Origin: Candidatus Scalinduaceae bacterium
GTDB lineage: Bacteria > Planctomycetota > Brocadiia > Brocadiales > Scalinduaceae
Direction: 5' to 3'
Assembly: GCA_046759445.1 (NCBI GenBank)
Contig: JBHICG010000016.1
Coordinates: 1-53,937, forward strand
Length of the DNA stretch: 53,937 bases
Below are positions 34,996-44,507 of the stretch, piece by piece (the first letter of the stretch is position 1; each line of letters starts with the position of its first letter). A program made the translations under genes and the position numbers. The notes under the pieces were generated by a model. It was not told the DNA's origin, did no database searches, and was given only the letters and a program-made list of their open reading frames with translations.

Positions 34996-36639
34996 TTCAA
35001 AGGAAGACAAAGCCCTCTCGAAATGTTCGATTAGTTTCTCATTTATATTCTTAGATAACGAATCGTCTTCATCATAAAAACATGAATTTTGTTCTCTTTT
35101 AAAATCTCTATCTTTCGACAAACCTTCTAATACTTCAAGACAAAAAGACCTTATACTTTCTGCAAAATCAGCAACTCTCTCATCTTTAAAATTACAAATA
35201 TACTCATAATTTAGCCTAGACACTGATTTAGCAAGGCTTTTCCTCTTCTGATAATCAGGCGTACCTTTGAATATCGTTTGTCTATGATGTAAGAGATGTG
35301 CGGTAACGCTCGGCACCCTTAACATCTTCATCTCCTTAAGAAACTCATAATTACCTCTCACATCTTCCAAAGTAGAATATGGCTCAAACATGATGAAACC
35401 ATAATTCGGCTCTATGCCATACTTCCTTAGTATATTTATTGCCTTTTTATTATCCTCAACAGTTGTAAACTTCTTGAATCTATTCAGAGAACTATTGTTT
35501 CCACTTTCAATTCCCAGAAAAACATCATTAAGTCCCGCCTCAACAAGTTTGCCAATCGATGCGTCTTCTATATCGTTAACCCTGCATTCAATTCCGAAAT
35601 TTATCTTTAAGTCTTTGCCCTTAATCAAACGTGCTATCTCACACGCACGTTCTTTGCCTTTCTTACCAGGTCCAAAAAAATTAGCATCTGCAAAATAAAA
35701 ATATCTTTCTCCATAATCTTCACAAAGATAATAAAGTTCATCAACAATATTTTCAGGACTTCTCCCACGCCAATATGATGTTTCTCCATAAAATTGATCA
35801 AGATAACAAAATGTACATTCTCCATAACACCCCCTGCTTGCAAGTATATAAGTGGCAATACCCTTTTGTTTTAATAGCTTAAAGTCATGACGATAAGGGA
35901 ATGGAAGTTCATCAAGTTTTGAAATGGGCTTTCTCGGTTTGTTCTGTATTACGTCAGTTTTAAGGACATCTTCTTCTATCTTACTATTGAGAATACCATG
36001 TTTTTCTAATGAATATTTCTCTATCTCCCCCTCTAATACACGCGAACAAATCCCCTTTAATCCCCCCTCCCCCCCTTTAGTAAAGGGGGGATGCATGGAG
36101 GATTTTACAAAGGCGGAAAGAGGTAGATTAGTATTACTATGAGAGGTCTTGAATGCAAGACCATCAATTGTGTATAAAGTAGAAGTATCTTTTTTGTTTA
36201 TTACTGCTTTTGCAAGCTTAAGGAACGTAATCTCTGGTTCTCCTACTGTAATAGAATCAACAAAAGGATATTTTGATAAAATCTCTCTAAATGCAAACGT
36301 AGGAAAATGCCCGTAAAGATTTGTGTGAACATTAACACAATTTCTACGTATGTTCAGGAGCATTTTAAATATGTCCTCAGTATCTTCCCAGAGATACACA
36401 AGATGAACGCCTAACACATTAAAGCTTTTCTCTTTTAGCTCCTGTACGGTTTTATGAAAAGACCATTCATAAAGATTTGCATCAACAATTTCTACATCAA
36501 GATTTTTCGACTTAAGTACAGAAGCAATGTAATCTGTCATTAGGCATGACGAGAGTGGAGTGTTCACGACATCCTGAAGCTTTTTAGGGTTTATGTGCCT
36601 CGGGTGTTCTAGTAAAATGATTCTGGTGTTGTTTTTCAT
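34921..36639 (-). CDS. Cobalamin-binding radical SAM protein (BzaD/BzaE-like by context)
   Basis: N-terminal B12-binding-like domain (GHFPTF, GEPE), SRGCYGECTFC, DANFF, GIESG. Has an in-frame palindrome insert and a RAYT-derived C-terminal tail. Confidence 0.85.
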   Translation of the reverse strand: MKNNTRIILLEHPRHINPKKLQDVVNTPLSSCLMTDYIASVLKSKNLDVEIVDANLYEWSFHKTVQELKEKSFNVLGVHLVYLWEDTEDIFKMLLNIRRNCVNVHTNLYGHFPTFAFREILSKYPFVDSITVGEPEITFLKLAKAVINKKDTSTLYTIDGLAFKTSHSNTNLPLSAFVKSSMHPPFTKGGEGGLKGICSRVLEGEIEKYSLEKHGILNSKIEEDVLKTDVIQNKPRKPISKLDELPFPYRHDFKLLKQKGIATYILASRGCYGECTFCYLDQFYGETSYWRGRSPENIVDELYYLCEDYGERYFYFADANFFGPGKKGKERACEIARLIKGKDLKINFGIECRVNDIEDASIGKLVEAGLNDVFLGIESGNNSSLNRFKKFTTVEDNKKAINILRKYGIEPNYGFIMFEPYSTLEDVRGNYEFLKEMKMLRVPSVTAHLLHHRQTIFKGTPDYQKRKSLAKSVSRLNYEYICNFKDERVADFAESIRSFCLEVLEGLSKDRDFKREQNSCFYDEDDSLSKNINEKLIEHFERALSSFENKEDNRLLFAGKGAKDAKNSERFI

Positions 36640-36726
36640 ATATGTTATTTATAAACGTCATGTAAAATATGTTTAATACTTGTTCCTGATAGGTTCAGGA
36701 ATTACCAGATTAAAAGTACTATTTCG

Positions 36727-38055
36727 TCACAACGCCGTTAAAACACTCTTTTTTCTACTATCCTTTAGATCATCCTCGTAGTATTCTCTCACTCCCTTTA
36801 AGGAACAAACACTGCCACACATTGTACATGTATCATCTTCTAGAGGTGGTCTGCCTTTCCTTATCTGCTGCGCCTTATCAGATGTTATTGCCGTTTCATA
36901 TTGCGTTTTCCAGTCCAAATCTCTTCTTGCAATACCCATCTTCAAGTCCTGATTTTTTACCCTGCCGTCAAGCTTTACCATATCACCAACATGTACGGCA
37001 ATCCTGGCAGCCATAACACCCTCTCTAACATCGTCTGGTGTGGGAAGCGCAAGATGTTCTGGTGGTGTAACATAACAAATAAAATCTGCGCCATATCTGG
37101 AGGACAAGGCGGCACCAATAGCAGCCGTAATATGGTCATAACCGGGAGCAACATCAGTCGTAATAGGACCGAGCATATAAAATGGAGCATTATTACTCAA
37201 CCTCTTCTGTATAATAACGTTTGCCTCTATTTCATCTATTGGTATATGCCCTGGGCCTTCGACAATTATTTGAACACCTTTCTTTTGGGCATATTCGGCA
37301 ATCTCCGAGTTGATAATCAATTCCTGAATCTGTGCTCTATCGGTACTGTCATGTACTGCTCCAGCTCTCAATCCATTACCAAGGCTTAGGATCACATCAT
37401 ATTTCTTCATAATATCTATAAGTCTGTCAATCTGATCGTATAATGGATTTTCCTTTTTATTGTGATTCATCCATGCCGTTAAAAAAGATCCACCTCTACT
37501 TACAAGACCACCAAATCTATATCCCTGTTTTTTCAAACGTTCTAAAGTAATCATATTAATCCCACAATGTATTGCCATAAAGCCGATTCCATCCTCTGCC
37601 TGTTTCTCTATAACATCAAACAGAAAATCAGCTTCCATGTGAACTACAGAACCATTCTTATGAATGGTTTCCATTGCAGCCTGGTAAAGGGGCACAGTCC
37701 CAACTGTTAAATTAGTAGCTTCTAGAACCCTTTTCCTGACTTTATCCAAATCACCTCCAGTCGAAAGTTCCATCAATGTATCTGCACCATATTTTTCTGC
37801 AACCTGTGCCTTTTCAACTTCCATTTCAACGTTAATAATATCCGGTGAAGTTCCAATACTCGCATTTACCTTTGTCCTGAGACCCTTTCCAATACCAACA
37901 ACTCTAGATTTTCTTTGAGGGTTACCATATATTACAATTTGGCATTTAGCAATACCTTCACGAATAAATTCAGGGCTAACATCATCGTACTTTGCAGCCT
38001 CTTTCATTTCCTGCGTAATCTCTCCATCCCTTGCTCTATCAAGTTGTGTCTTCAT
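36727..38055 (-). CDS. thiC: ThiC-family radical SAM enzyme; signatures favour a BzaF/BzaB-type hydroxybenzimidazole synthase (the symbol given is the family-level label)
   Basis: EGPGH, GYDHIT, CYVTPPEHL, CTMCGSVC. Has KVNASIG, MELS and SLGNGLRAGA where canonical ThiC has KVNANIG, MDLS and SLGDGLRPG. Confidence 0.85.
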   Translation of the reverse strand: MKTQLDRARDGEITQEMKEAAKYDDVSPEFIREGIAKCQIVIYGNPQRKSRVVGIGKGLRTKVNASIGTSPDIINVEMEVEKAQVAEKYGADTLMELSTGGDLDKVRKRVLEATNLTVGTVPLYQAAMETIHKNGSVVHMEADFLFDVIEKQAEDGIGFMAIHCGINMITLERLKKQGYRFGGLVSRGGSFLTAWMNHNKKENPLYDQIDRLIDIMKKYDVILSLGNGLRAGAVHDSTDRAQIQELIINSEIAEYAQKKGVQIIVEGPGHIPIDEIEANVIIQKRLSNNAPFYMLGPITTDVAPGYDHITAAIGAALSSRYGADFICYVTPPEHLALPTPDDVREGVMAARIAVHVGDMVKLDGRVKNQDLKMGIARRDLDWKTQYETAITSDKAQQIRKGRPPLEDDTCTMCGSVCSLKGVREYYEDDLKDSRKKSVLTAL

Positions 38056-38163
38056 TATTTCTTCCCCTTTCCAATTTATACAAAATCGCTATTACAATGC
38101 TGAAATTCTAGGATAATGATCATTAATTGTCAAAAAATATTTGATTTTTATGTCTTTGGGTTT

Positions 38164-38739
38164 TCATTTATTGCCGTCTTTTAGTTTCTTCCACCACTCA
38201 TTAGGATCAGAGCATTCTATTACTGACAATAGTCTTTTTGCTAATTTACTCCTTAACGTGCCTTTCGCCCTTTTAAGCCAATCTATTGCTGCATCATACC
38301 CCTGGATTTGGTACTCCCTCGCCTGCATTGCACATTCTAGGATGTCAGCATCCCTGGCCACTATACTCTCTCTACTTTCTTGATTAGAAAACTCTTTCAA
38401 TGTGTTTTCTATTTCCCTTCTCTCAGGATTTTTTAAAGACATTAACTGCTCTTTTGATGCTTTAGCCTCTGCCTCTGCAATATTTACATATTTTTGTGCT
38501 ATCTTGTGTAAGTCGTTTATCCTGGCTTCATGTATGTCATGAAATAGACACATCATTATTACCTTTAATGTATCCAGGTCTTCTGATTTTGCTAAAAAAT
38601 ATCCTATTATCGCACATCGAAACGAATGCTCTGCAACACTCTCAGGTGTCGAATTTCCAAGTAACCACCATCCGCTCCTGCTTACGTTTTTTAAGTAACC
38701 TACCTCAAAGAGAAAATGTATTAGTTTTCGAATGATCAT
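38164..38739 (-). CDS. HD-domain phosphohydrolase (YfbR/HDDC2-like)
   Basis: RSGW...ESVAEHSFR...HDIHE...DAD.LE. Confidence 0.9.
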   Translation of the reverse strand: MIIRKLIHFLFEVGYLKNVSRSGWWLLGNSTPESVAEHSFRCAIIGYFLAKSEDLDTLKVIMMCLFHDIHEARINDLHKIAQKYVNIAEAEAKASKEQLMSLKNPERREIENTLKEFSNQESRESIVARDADILECAMQAREYQIQGYDAAIDWLKRAKGTLRSKLAKRLLSVIECSDPNEWWKKLKDGNK

Positions 38740-39784
38740 GGGGTCAGCCCTTGAATATTGACATTATTTTTGTTGCTTCTCTTTCCCATTGATTTAATAA
38801 ATCCTTATTCTTCTCCAACTTATTTATAACCCTTTTATATTGATGTGTAACTCCTGAAGGACTTAAATCTCCTATCATTTTTGATGTTTCTTTGTTTAAG
38901 GCCAATGTGTATTCCTTCGCCAGATATATAAACATGTCCCGTCCGTGCTTAACCTCTGAAATCATCTTTCCCCTTTTCCCTAGTTCCTTTAATTTGTGGT
39001 AATCACATACCCTATTATATAGTTCACTTAAATCCAACTTGTTGTAAAATATTCTTTTTGATATTACTTGATCAAGGTTTTTTTCTTTTCTTACTACCTC
39101 AATAACTTTGCTGACAAATCCCTTACTGCCAAGTATAGCTTGTCCCACTATATTATCTGTAGGATATTTTGATGGATTTTCTATGTTACTATCTATAAAC
39201 TCTTTATATCTCTTTTGTGACGTCTCAAAGGTTCTCCCATATTCTTGCAAAAGCCAACCCACATTAAGCCATTCAGGAATCTTACTTTGCCCAATGTAAA
39301 ATCTATAGCTACTCCAGTTATACTCTTCAGGAAACTTCACTCTCTTTGCCCTCACTGGATTTAGATGTATATACCTGCTGAGATCTAATAAGTATTTTTC
39401 TCTCTCTACACACAATGATTTATACCTACCTGCAAATACATGACCTATCCATTTCCTGCATCTCCTGAGATAACTTCCATAGCTTGAACCTACAAAGTGC
39501 ATAAAACTAGTAAGTTTACCTTTTGGTATTGACATAAGCAAATGATAGTGATTGTCCATTATGCAATAAGCATAAAGTTCTATTTGATGTCTATCCACTC
39601 CTTTCTCAAGAGTTTTCACGAAATATGCTTTATCCCCATCTTCGAGAAATATGTGTTCACTTTTATTTCCCCTCGATAAAATATGATAAACAGCTCCCTC
39701 ATATTGTATTCTTAATGGTCTTGCCATATTGGCTTATCTTATACATTCAAATCTTACATTTGTCAATATTCAAGGGCTGACCCC
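38740..39784 (-). mobile_element. RAYT element with perfect 24-bp terminal inverted repeats
   Basis: GGGGTCAGCCCTTGAATATTGACA (38740-38763) and its exact complement (39761-39784). Confidence 0.92.
38744..39727 (-). CDS. REP-associated tyrosine transposase, long form with C-terminal HTH
   Basis: MARPLR...YHILSRGN...YCIMDNHYH...GHVFAGRYKS...YIHLNPVRA...WSS, plus a C-terminal extension of about 100 aa. Confidence 0.93.
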   Translation of the reverse strand: MARPLRIQYEGAVYHILSRGNKSEHIFLEDGDKAYFVKTLEKGVDRHQIELYAYCIMDNHYHLLMSIPKGKLTSFMHFVGSSYGSYLRRCRKWIGHVFAGRYKSLCVEREKYLLDLSRYIHLNPVRAKRVKFPEEYNWSSYRFYIGQSKIPEWLNVGWLLQEYGRTFETSQKRYKEFIDSNIENPSKYPTDNIVGQAILGSKGFVSKVIEVVRKEKNLDQVISKRIFYNKLDLSELYNRVCDYHKLKELGKRGKMISEVKHGRDMFIYLAKEYTLALNKETSKMIGDLSPSGVTHQYKRVINKLEKNKDLLNQWEREATKIMSIFKG

Positions 39785-39901
39785 TTTTTATATTTGACAA
39801 ATCAGTTTTACATTATAAACTAATTCACTTACAGTAGATATGTAACAATTTCTTCTAACTTCCATATAGTCACAATAACATTATCCTAAGGAAATAACAT
39901 A

Positions 39902-40894
39902 ATGCATTTTCCAAAATATCGTCCCCGCAGATTAAGAAGCAATGAACTTCTACGTTCGCTCATTCGTGAAACACATTTATCAGTAAAAGACCTGATTATG
40001 CCATTGTTTGTTTGTCCCGGAAACGGCATTAAAAAAAAAGAAATATCTTCAATGCCCGGAAATTATCAGTTTACGGTAGATACATTGGTAGAAGAGGTTA
40101 AGGAGATAGCAAACCTTGGGATACCTGGCGTAATCTTATTTGGTATTCCTGAAACAAAAGATGAGTTAGGTTCCGAAGCATATGCTGATGACGGCATAAT
40201 ACAAAAGGCTATCAGGGCAATTAAGGATAACGTTTCTAATATACTGGTTATCACTGATGTCTGCATGTGTGAATATACTGATCATGGACATTGCGGTTAT
40301 ATAAAGAAGGATGAAAAAACAGGCGAGCATTACATAGATAATGATGAGACACTTAAACTTCTATCCAAAGAAGCCCTCTCACACGTAAAATCTGGCGCTG
40401 ATATAGTTGCTCCAAGTGATATGATGGATGGCCGTGTGAGTACAATCAGAAAGATTCTCGATGAAAATGATTATGAGAATATCCCCATAATGTCTTATGC
40501 GGCTAAGTATGCTTCTGCGTTTTATGGCCCATTCAGGGATGCCGCTGAATCACCACCCGGCTTTGGAGATAGGAGGTCGTACCAGATGGATACACCAAAT
40601 GCTGAAGAAGCTATTCGAGAGGTATCTCTTGATATAGAAGAAGGAGCCGATATCGTAATAGTAAAACCAGCGCTTCCGTATCTTGACATAATTAGACTCA
40701 TAAAAGATAAATTTGGATACCCCGTAGCCGCTTACAACGTTAGCGGTGAATTTTCCATGATAAAAGCCGCCCACGAAAAAGGATGGCTGGATGAAAAGAC
40801 TGTTGCTATGGAAATACTTACAGGAATCAAGAGGGCGGGTGCAGACATTATACTCACATACTGGGCAAAAGATGCTGTGCGCTGGCTACAGTAA
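39902..40894 (+). CDS. hemB: Porphobilinogen synthase
   Basis: [44 protein letters not shown]. Confidence 0.98.
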   Translation: MHFPKYRPRRLRSNELLRSLIRETHLSVKDLIMPLFVCPGNGIKKKEISSMPGNYQFTVDTLVEEVKEIANLGIPGVILFGIPETKDELGSEAYADDGIIQKAIRAIKDNVSNILVITDVCMCEYTDHGHCGYIKKDEKTGEHYIDNDETLKLLSKEALSHVKSGADIVAPSDMMDGRVSTIRKILDENDYENIPIMSYAAKYASAFYGPFRDAAESPPGFGDRRSYQMDTPNAEEAIREVSLDIEEGADIVIVKPALPYLDIIRLIKDKFGYPVAAYNVSGEFSMIKAAHEKGWLDEKTVAMEILTGIKRAGADIILTYWAKDAVRWLQ

Positions 40895-41000
40895 GACTTA
40901 AATTTAGTATTCTTCTTGTCCTAACTGGCACTGGCGAGTCTAAACAAAACCACATCAAACATTCTAAAATTGGCTTTCCGCAGTAGAGGCTAATTTATCC

Positions 41001-41630
41001 TTACTTTGAAAAAACCTTGGTTTCTGTTCCCTCGATAATCCTCTTTATATTTGTGATATGCCTTAAAATTATTAGTATGGCTGCTGTTATGGAAATGGTT
41101 GTAAGATATATTCCGTTACCAAATGGATCATTTTCAAATCCGATTATGCCCCCTACAAAGGCCAGGGTACCCATTATCGAACCTGCAGAAACATAGCGAG
41201 AAACTAACATTGTTATAACCCAAACGCACAATGCCATAGCAACTGGCACTGGAGACAACCATAAAAAAACGCCCACACTGGTAGCAACAGCTTTACCACC
41301 CTTAAATTTTAGATAGAGTGGAAATACATGGCCAAATATTGCACATGCTCCACAAAGAACCACTAATAGACTATCAGACGTCGTTGGAAATTTTATATCG
41401 CTGACAAAAACAGGTATTAGAAAGACAACCATAAATCCTTTAATTAGGTCTAAAACAAATATCAAAATTCCGTACTTTCGTCCGAGTATCCTACTGACAT
41501 TTGTTGCGCCAATATTACCGCTTCCATGCTCACGAATATCTATCCCCTTTGTGATAGCTATTATGTAACCAAATGGAATACTTCCGATAAGGTATGAAAT
41601 TACAAGCCCAAAAATGTATGATAATAACAT
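41001..41630 (-). CDS. plsY: Glycerol-3-phosphate acyltransferase
   Basis: YLIGSIPFG, GSGNIGATN, GHVFP..KFKGGKAVAT, RHITNI. Confidence 0.96.
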   Translation of the reverse strand: MLLSYIFGLVISYLIGSIPFGYIIAITKGIDIREHGSGNIGATNVSRILGRKYGILIFVLDLIKGFMVVFLIPVFVSDIKFPTTSDSLLVVLCGACAIFGHVFPLYLKFKGGKAVATSVGVFLWLSPVPVAMALCVWVITMLVSRYVSAGSIMGTLAFVGGIIGFENDPFGNGIYLTTISITAAILIILRHITNIKRIIEGTETKVFSK

Positions 41631-41814
41631 GTTTCAGAATCCCCCTTTGGAAAAGGGGGAAATTTGTTTATTTGGGGGTCTGACCCCTTGTTATACTTCT
41701 AACTTCTTGCCTTTTGCATCTTGCTTCTGCTGGTTCAATCATGTTGATTGAGTGCTATTCGTAAGAATAGCCTTAAATATTTCGGTTCAGACTACAAGCC
41801 TGAACCAGCCGAAA

Positions 41815-41945
41815 GAGATGCTAAAAATAAATTCAGCATGACAACTAAGTCCCATTCTGTCGTTCCGAACCAAGTTTTGAAACGTCATCCTGAACCCTGT
41901 GCTGAACTCGTTTCAGTATCGTTTCAGGATCTCAGATTTCAGCAC
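41815..41945. repeat. Nested TGTC/CGTC-type palindromic repeats
   Basis: GATGCTAAAAATAAATTCAGCATGAC; CGTCATCC[TGAAC CCTGTGC(TGAACTCGTTTCAG)TATC GTTTCAG]GATCTC. Confidence 0.75.
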
Positions 41946-42020
41946 AAGGTTAAGGGTATCATTTATATTTTGTGCAACAAGCTCTTAAATATTAAAATAT
42001 GAAACATGATAGCCACACTT

Positions 42021-42947
42021 TTATTTTAACGGACTCGTCACAAGCCACCAGAATCTATGAAGCTTGTGAGGTGTCCGGTAATTCTTAAAACAGAATTTCA
42101 GAAACTCTTTTTTACCACCAGAAAAATATCGGTCAGGTTTATAACTTGATTTAACATATTCTCTCAAAAACCTCACTTTATCTGTTTTAGTTATTGGAAA
42201 TTGATATGACTCGTGCAAGCCCTCTCTACCAGAAATATTCTTTCTAAACTTCTCCAAAGATCTGTCCAAACGCATTATATTCTTCATTCTCCTGTGAAGG
42301 CTAATTACCTCATATTGTTTTGATTTGTCCAAATCTATAATATATACGCTAAATAAACCTTTATCTGTAGGCTGGATAAGAATATTTTTTAGATGCAAAT
42401 CCGCATGGTAAATCCCTGCGTCATGCATGTCTTTTATTGCCTTTGATACCTTACTAATAATTTGTTTTTTTTGTGATAAGAGACGGTTGTTGTTAGAATG
42501 TAAAAGTAATTCCATTAAATCGACGGCATTTGTTATCTCTTTTGAAACTAACTTGCATTTATATATTGGCCCGACAACCTTATTCTTAACAAATGCTATT
42601 ATTTCTGTAGTAAGTATGCCATTTTTACGCGCTGCCTCACATATTGATAATTCCCTTAAAGGACGTAATCTTTGCCATAAAAGATTCCTTGATACCTTTC
42701 CAAGCAACCCACCATGCCAATAGTCTCTTATCACCAGACTTTCATTTTTAAAACTACTTAATAAAAGACTCTTACAAATTGACCTTCCATAATAAACTGT
42801 CTTTTCTTCATTTGAATTCTTAAACAAATTAAAGAACTTGTTTATGTCTTGCTCTGGCAAGTTATCTTCAACTTCTTTTTTGATATATAAAGTTGTTTTT
42901 CCATTGTTCAAGGTGGAAAAATAATCTGGTAATTTTGGCTTTCTCAC
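42021..42947 (-). CDS. Lipopolysaccharide (Kdo/heptose) kinase family protein
   Basis: RDYWHGG, MHDAGIYHADLHLKNIL, IIDLD. Confidence 0.85.
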   Translation of the reverse strand: MRKPKLPDYFSTLNNGKTTLYIKKEVEDNLPEQDINKFFNLFKNSNEEKTVYYGRSICKSLLLSSFKNESLVIRDYWHGGLLGKVSRNLLWQRLRPLRELSICEAARKNGILTTEIIAFVKNKVVGPIYKCKLVSKEITNAVDLMELLLHSNNNRLLSQKKQIISKVSKAIKDMHDAGIYHADLHLKNILIQPTDKGLFSVYIIDLDKSKQYEVISLHRRMKNIMRLDRSLEKFRKNISGREGLHESYQFPITKTDKVRFLREYVKSSYKPDRYFSGGKKEFLKFCFKNYRTPHKLHRFWWLVTSPLK

Positions 42948-42999
42948 TGCATTAGTACCTTAACAACTTTTTTTGACCATTTATGGCAAAATAACAACA

Positions 43000-43295
43000 A
43001 ACGCAAGGCTAAAGCCTCGCCCTACATTCCTGTCTGGGCAAGCACAGCAGATAGGTTTTTCCAACTCGTTCAAGTTAAGCTGTCTTTGGCAGCGACTTTC
43101 ATGCTCCCCTCTAAAAAGAGGGGCTGGGGGGGGTGTATAGCCCTTCTTATGGAAGGGACGGCATATCTACACACCCTTACCTGTCGGCAGACAGGCCTTA
43201 ATCCCCCCACTGCTTTCTTGCTTCATCCCTGTTCTTGCTTTCGCAAGAAAGCACAGGGAGAACAGCAAGAAGTGGGGGGAAACTATGATTGAAAT
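43000..43295. repeat. Cluster of GTAG-type half-REP and CCCCTCT/GGGG palindromes with nested insertions
   Basis: GCAAGGCTAAAGCCTCGCCCTAC; CCCCTCTAAAAAGAGGGG; CCTGTCGGCAGACAGG; TCCCCCCAC...GTGGGGGGA enclosing nested TTCTTGC hairpins. Confidence 0.75.
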
Positions 43296-43322
43296 TCCTA
43301 AGCCTAAATTGAGTTAAATAGA

Positions 43323-43521
43323 ACCTAAATTTAGCGATTTTGTTGCAATATCCTCATGAGGCATTGAAAATATTATGTTCTTCTATAAATATTATCTTCA
43401 CCTGTTAAGTGAAGAAATTCGTCATTCCCGCAGTCTGTTGAGCGGGAATCTAGCCCTTCTGTTTTATGGATTCCCGTTTCACGGGAATGACAACATAACT
43501 TTAGAATCGCTCAAATTAGGT
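43323..43521. mobile_element. MITE-like element (ACCTAAAT TIR) carrying a CGTC-type REP doublet
   Basis: ACCTAAATTTAGCGATTTT ... AGAATCGCTCAAATTAGGT, AGA on both flanks; contains CGTCATTCCCG...CGGGAATCT and GGATTCCCG...CGGGAATGAC. Confidence 0.8.
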
Positions 43522-43541
43522 AGAAGATTTGTTCAGAAAAA

Positions 43542-44507
43542 TTATATCTGATAATCAATTACATATTTTTCTACCTTATCTTTGTGCTTGAATATCAGAT
43601 AAGGCGAATCGAACGTTACAGTCGTATATGGTGGGACAGATCGAGTCAACCAGACATTTCCTCCTATCACGGAACCCTTTTCAATTACTGTTTTTCCACC
43701 AAGGATAGTTGCTCCAGCGTAAATGGTAACATCATCCTCAACTGTAGGATGTCTTTTCCTGTTCTCTTTCCTGATTCTATCAACGTTAGACAAACTAAGG
43801 GCCCCTAGTGTAACATGCTGATAGATTTTTACATTTTTCCCGATTACGGACGTACTTCCAATGACCACACCGGTTCCATGATCAATGAAAAATCCAGAAC
43901 CAATTGTTGCACCTGGATGAATGTCTATTCCTGTCTTTTCATGAATTGTCTCACTCATCATCCTTGGTATGAGAGGCACTCCTTGCATTTCCAGATAATT
44001 CGCGAGACGATACACCAATATAGCTTGAACGGAAGGATAACTAAGCACAATCTCATAGAAACTGGTTGCAGCAGGGTCTCCTTTATATGCTGCCCGTATA
44101 TCCTGATTCACTACCTCTCTAATCTTAGGAATGTTTTCAAGTAAGCAAAATCCAATTTCCGCTGCATCATCCCAGCAATCACCTTCCGAACGAATACAAA
44201 CAACTCCATCCTTGCACTCGTGTCTTAAACTCTTTTGCATTAAGTTAGTCAAACATTCCAGGACGGTAGAACATTGCGCCAGAAGATATGCCTCCAAATG
44301 ATTCTTATTACTAGTTGCTTCTTCATAAAAACCCGGAAACATGATTGTTGATAATAACTTTACCAGTTTAATAACCTCCTTTTTTGATGGGAGATTTGGT
44401 TCTTCCAGATGATTAATGCCACCCAGTTTCTCGTAAGAATCCCTAATCGCTTTAGTGATCTGATTCAAACGAGCTCCGTCTGCCTTACCGTTTTTGGAAT
44501 TATACAT
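43542..44507 (-). CDS. cysE: Serine O-acetyltransferase
   Basis: GDPAA, GIDIHPGATIG, FIDHGTGVVIG, KRHPT; overlaps cysK. Confidence 0.93.
   Translation of the reverse strand: MYNSKNGKADGARLNQITKAIRDSYEKLGGINHLEEPNLPSKKEVIKLVKLLSTIMFPGFYEEATSNKNHLEAYLLAQCSTVLECLTNLMQKSLRHECKDGVVCIRSEGDCWDDAAEIGFCLLENIPKIREVVNQDIRAAYKGDPAATSFYEIVLSYPSVQAILVYRLANYLEMQGVPLIPRMMSETIHEKTGIDIHPGATIGSGFFIDHGTGVVIGSTSVIGKNVKIYQHVTLGALSLSNVDRIRKENRKRHPTVEDDVTIYAGATILGGKTVIEKGSVIGGNVWLTRSVPPYTTVTFDSPYLIFKHKDKVEKYVIDYQI

Noticed and set aside
38056..38163. TPP riboswitch upstream of the ThiC-family gene
   Set aside because: No CTGAGA or ACCTGA...AATGCCAGCGTAGG core present.
41748..42002. 84-aa ORF (likewise 43086..43292 and 4836..5039)
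   Set aside because: Open frames running through palindromic repeat clusters; no RBS or protein motif.
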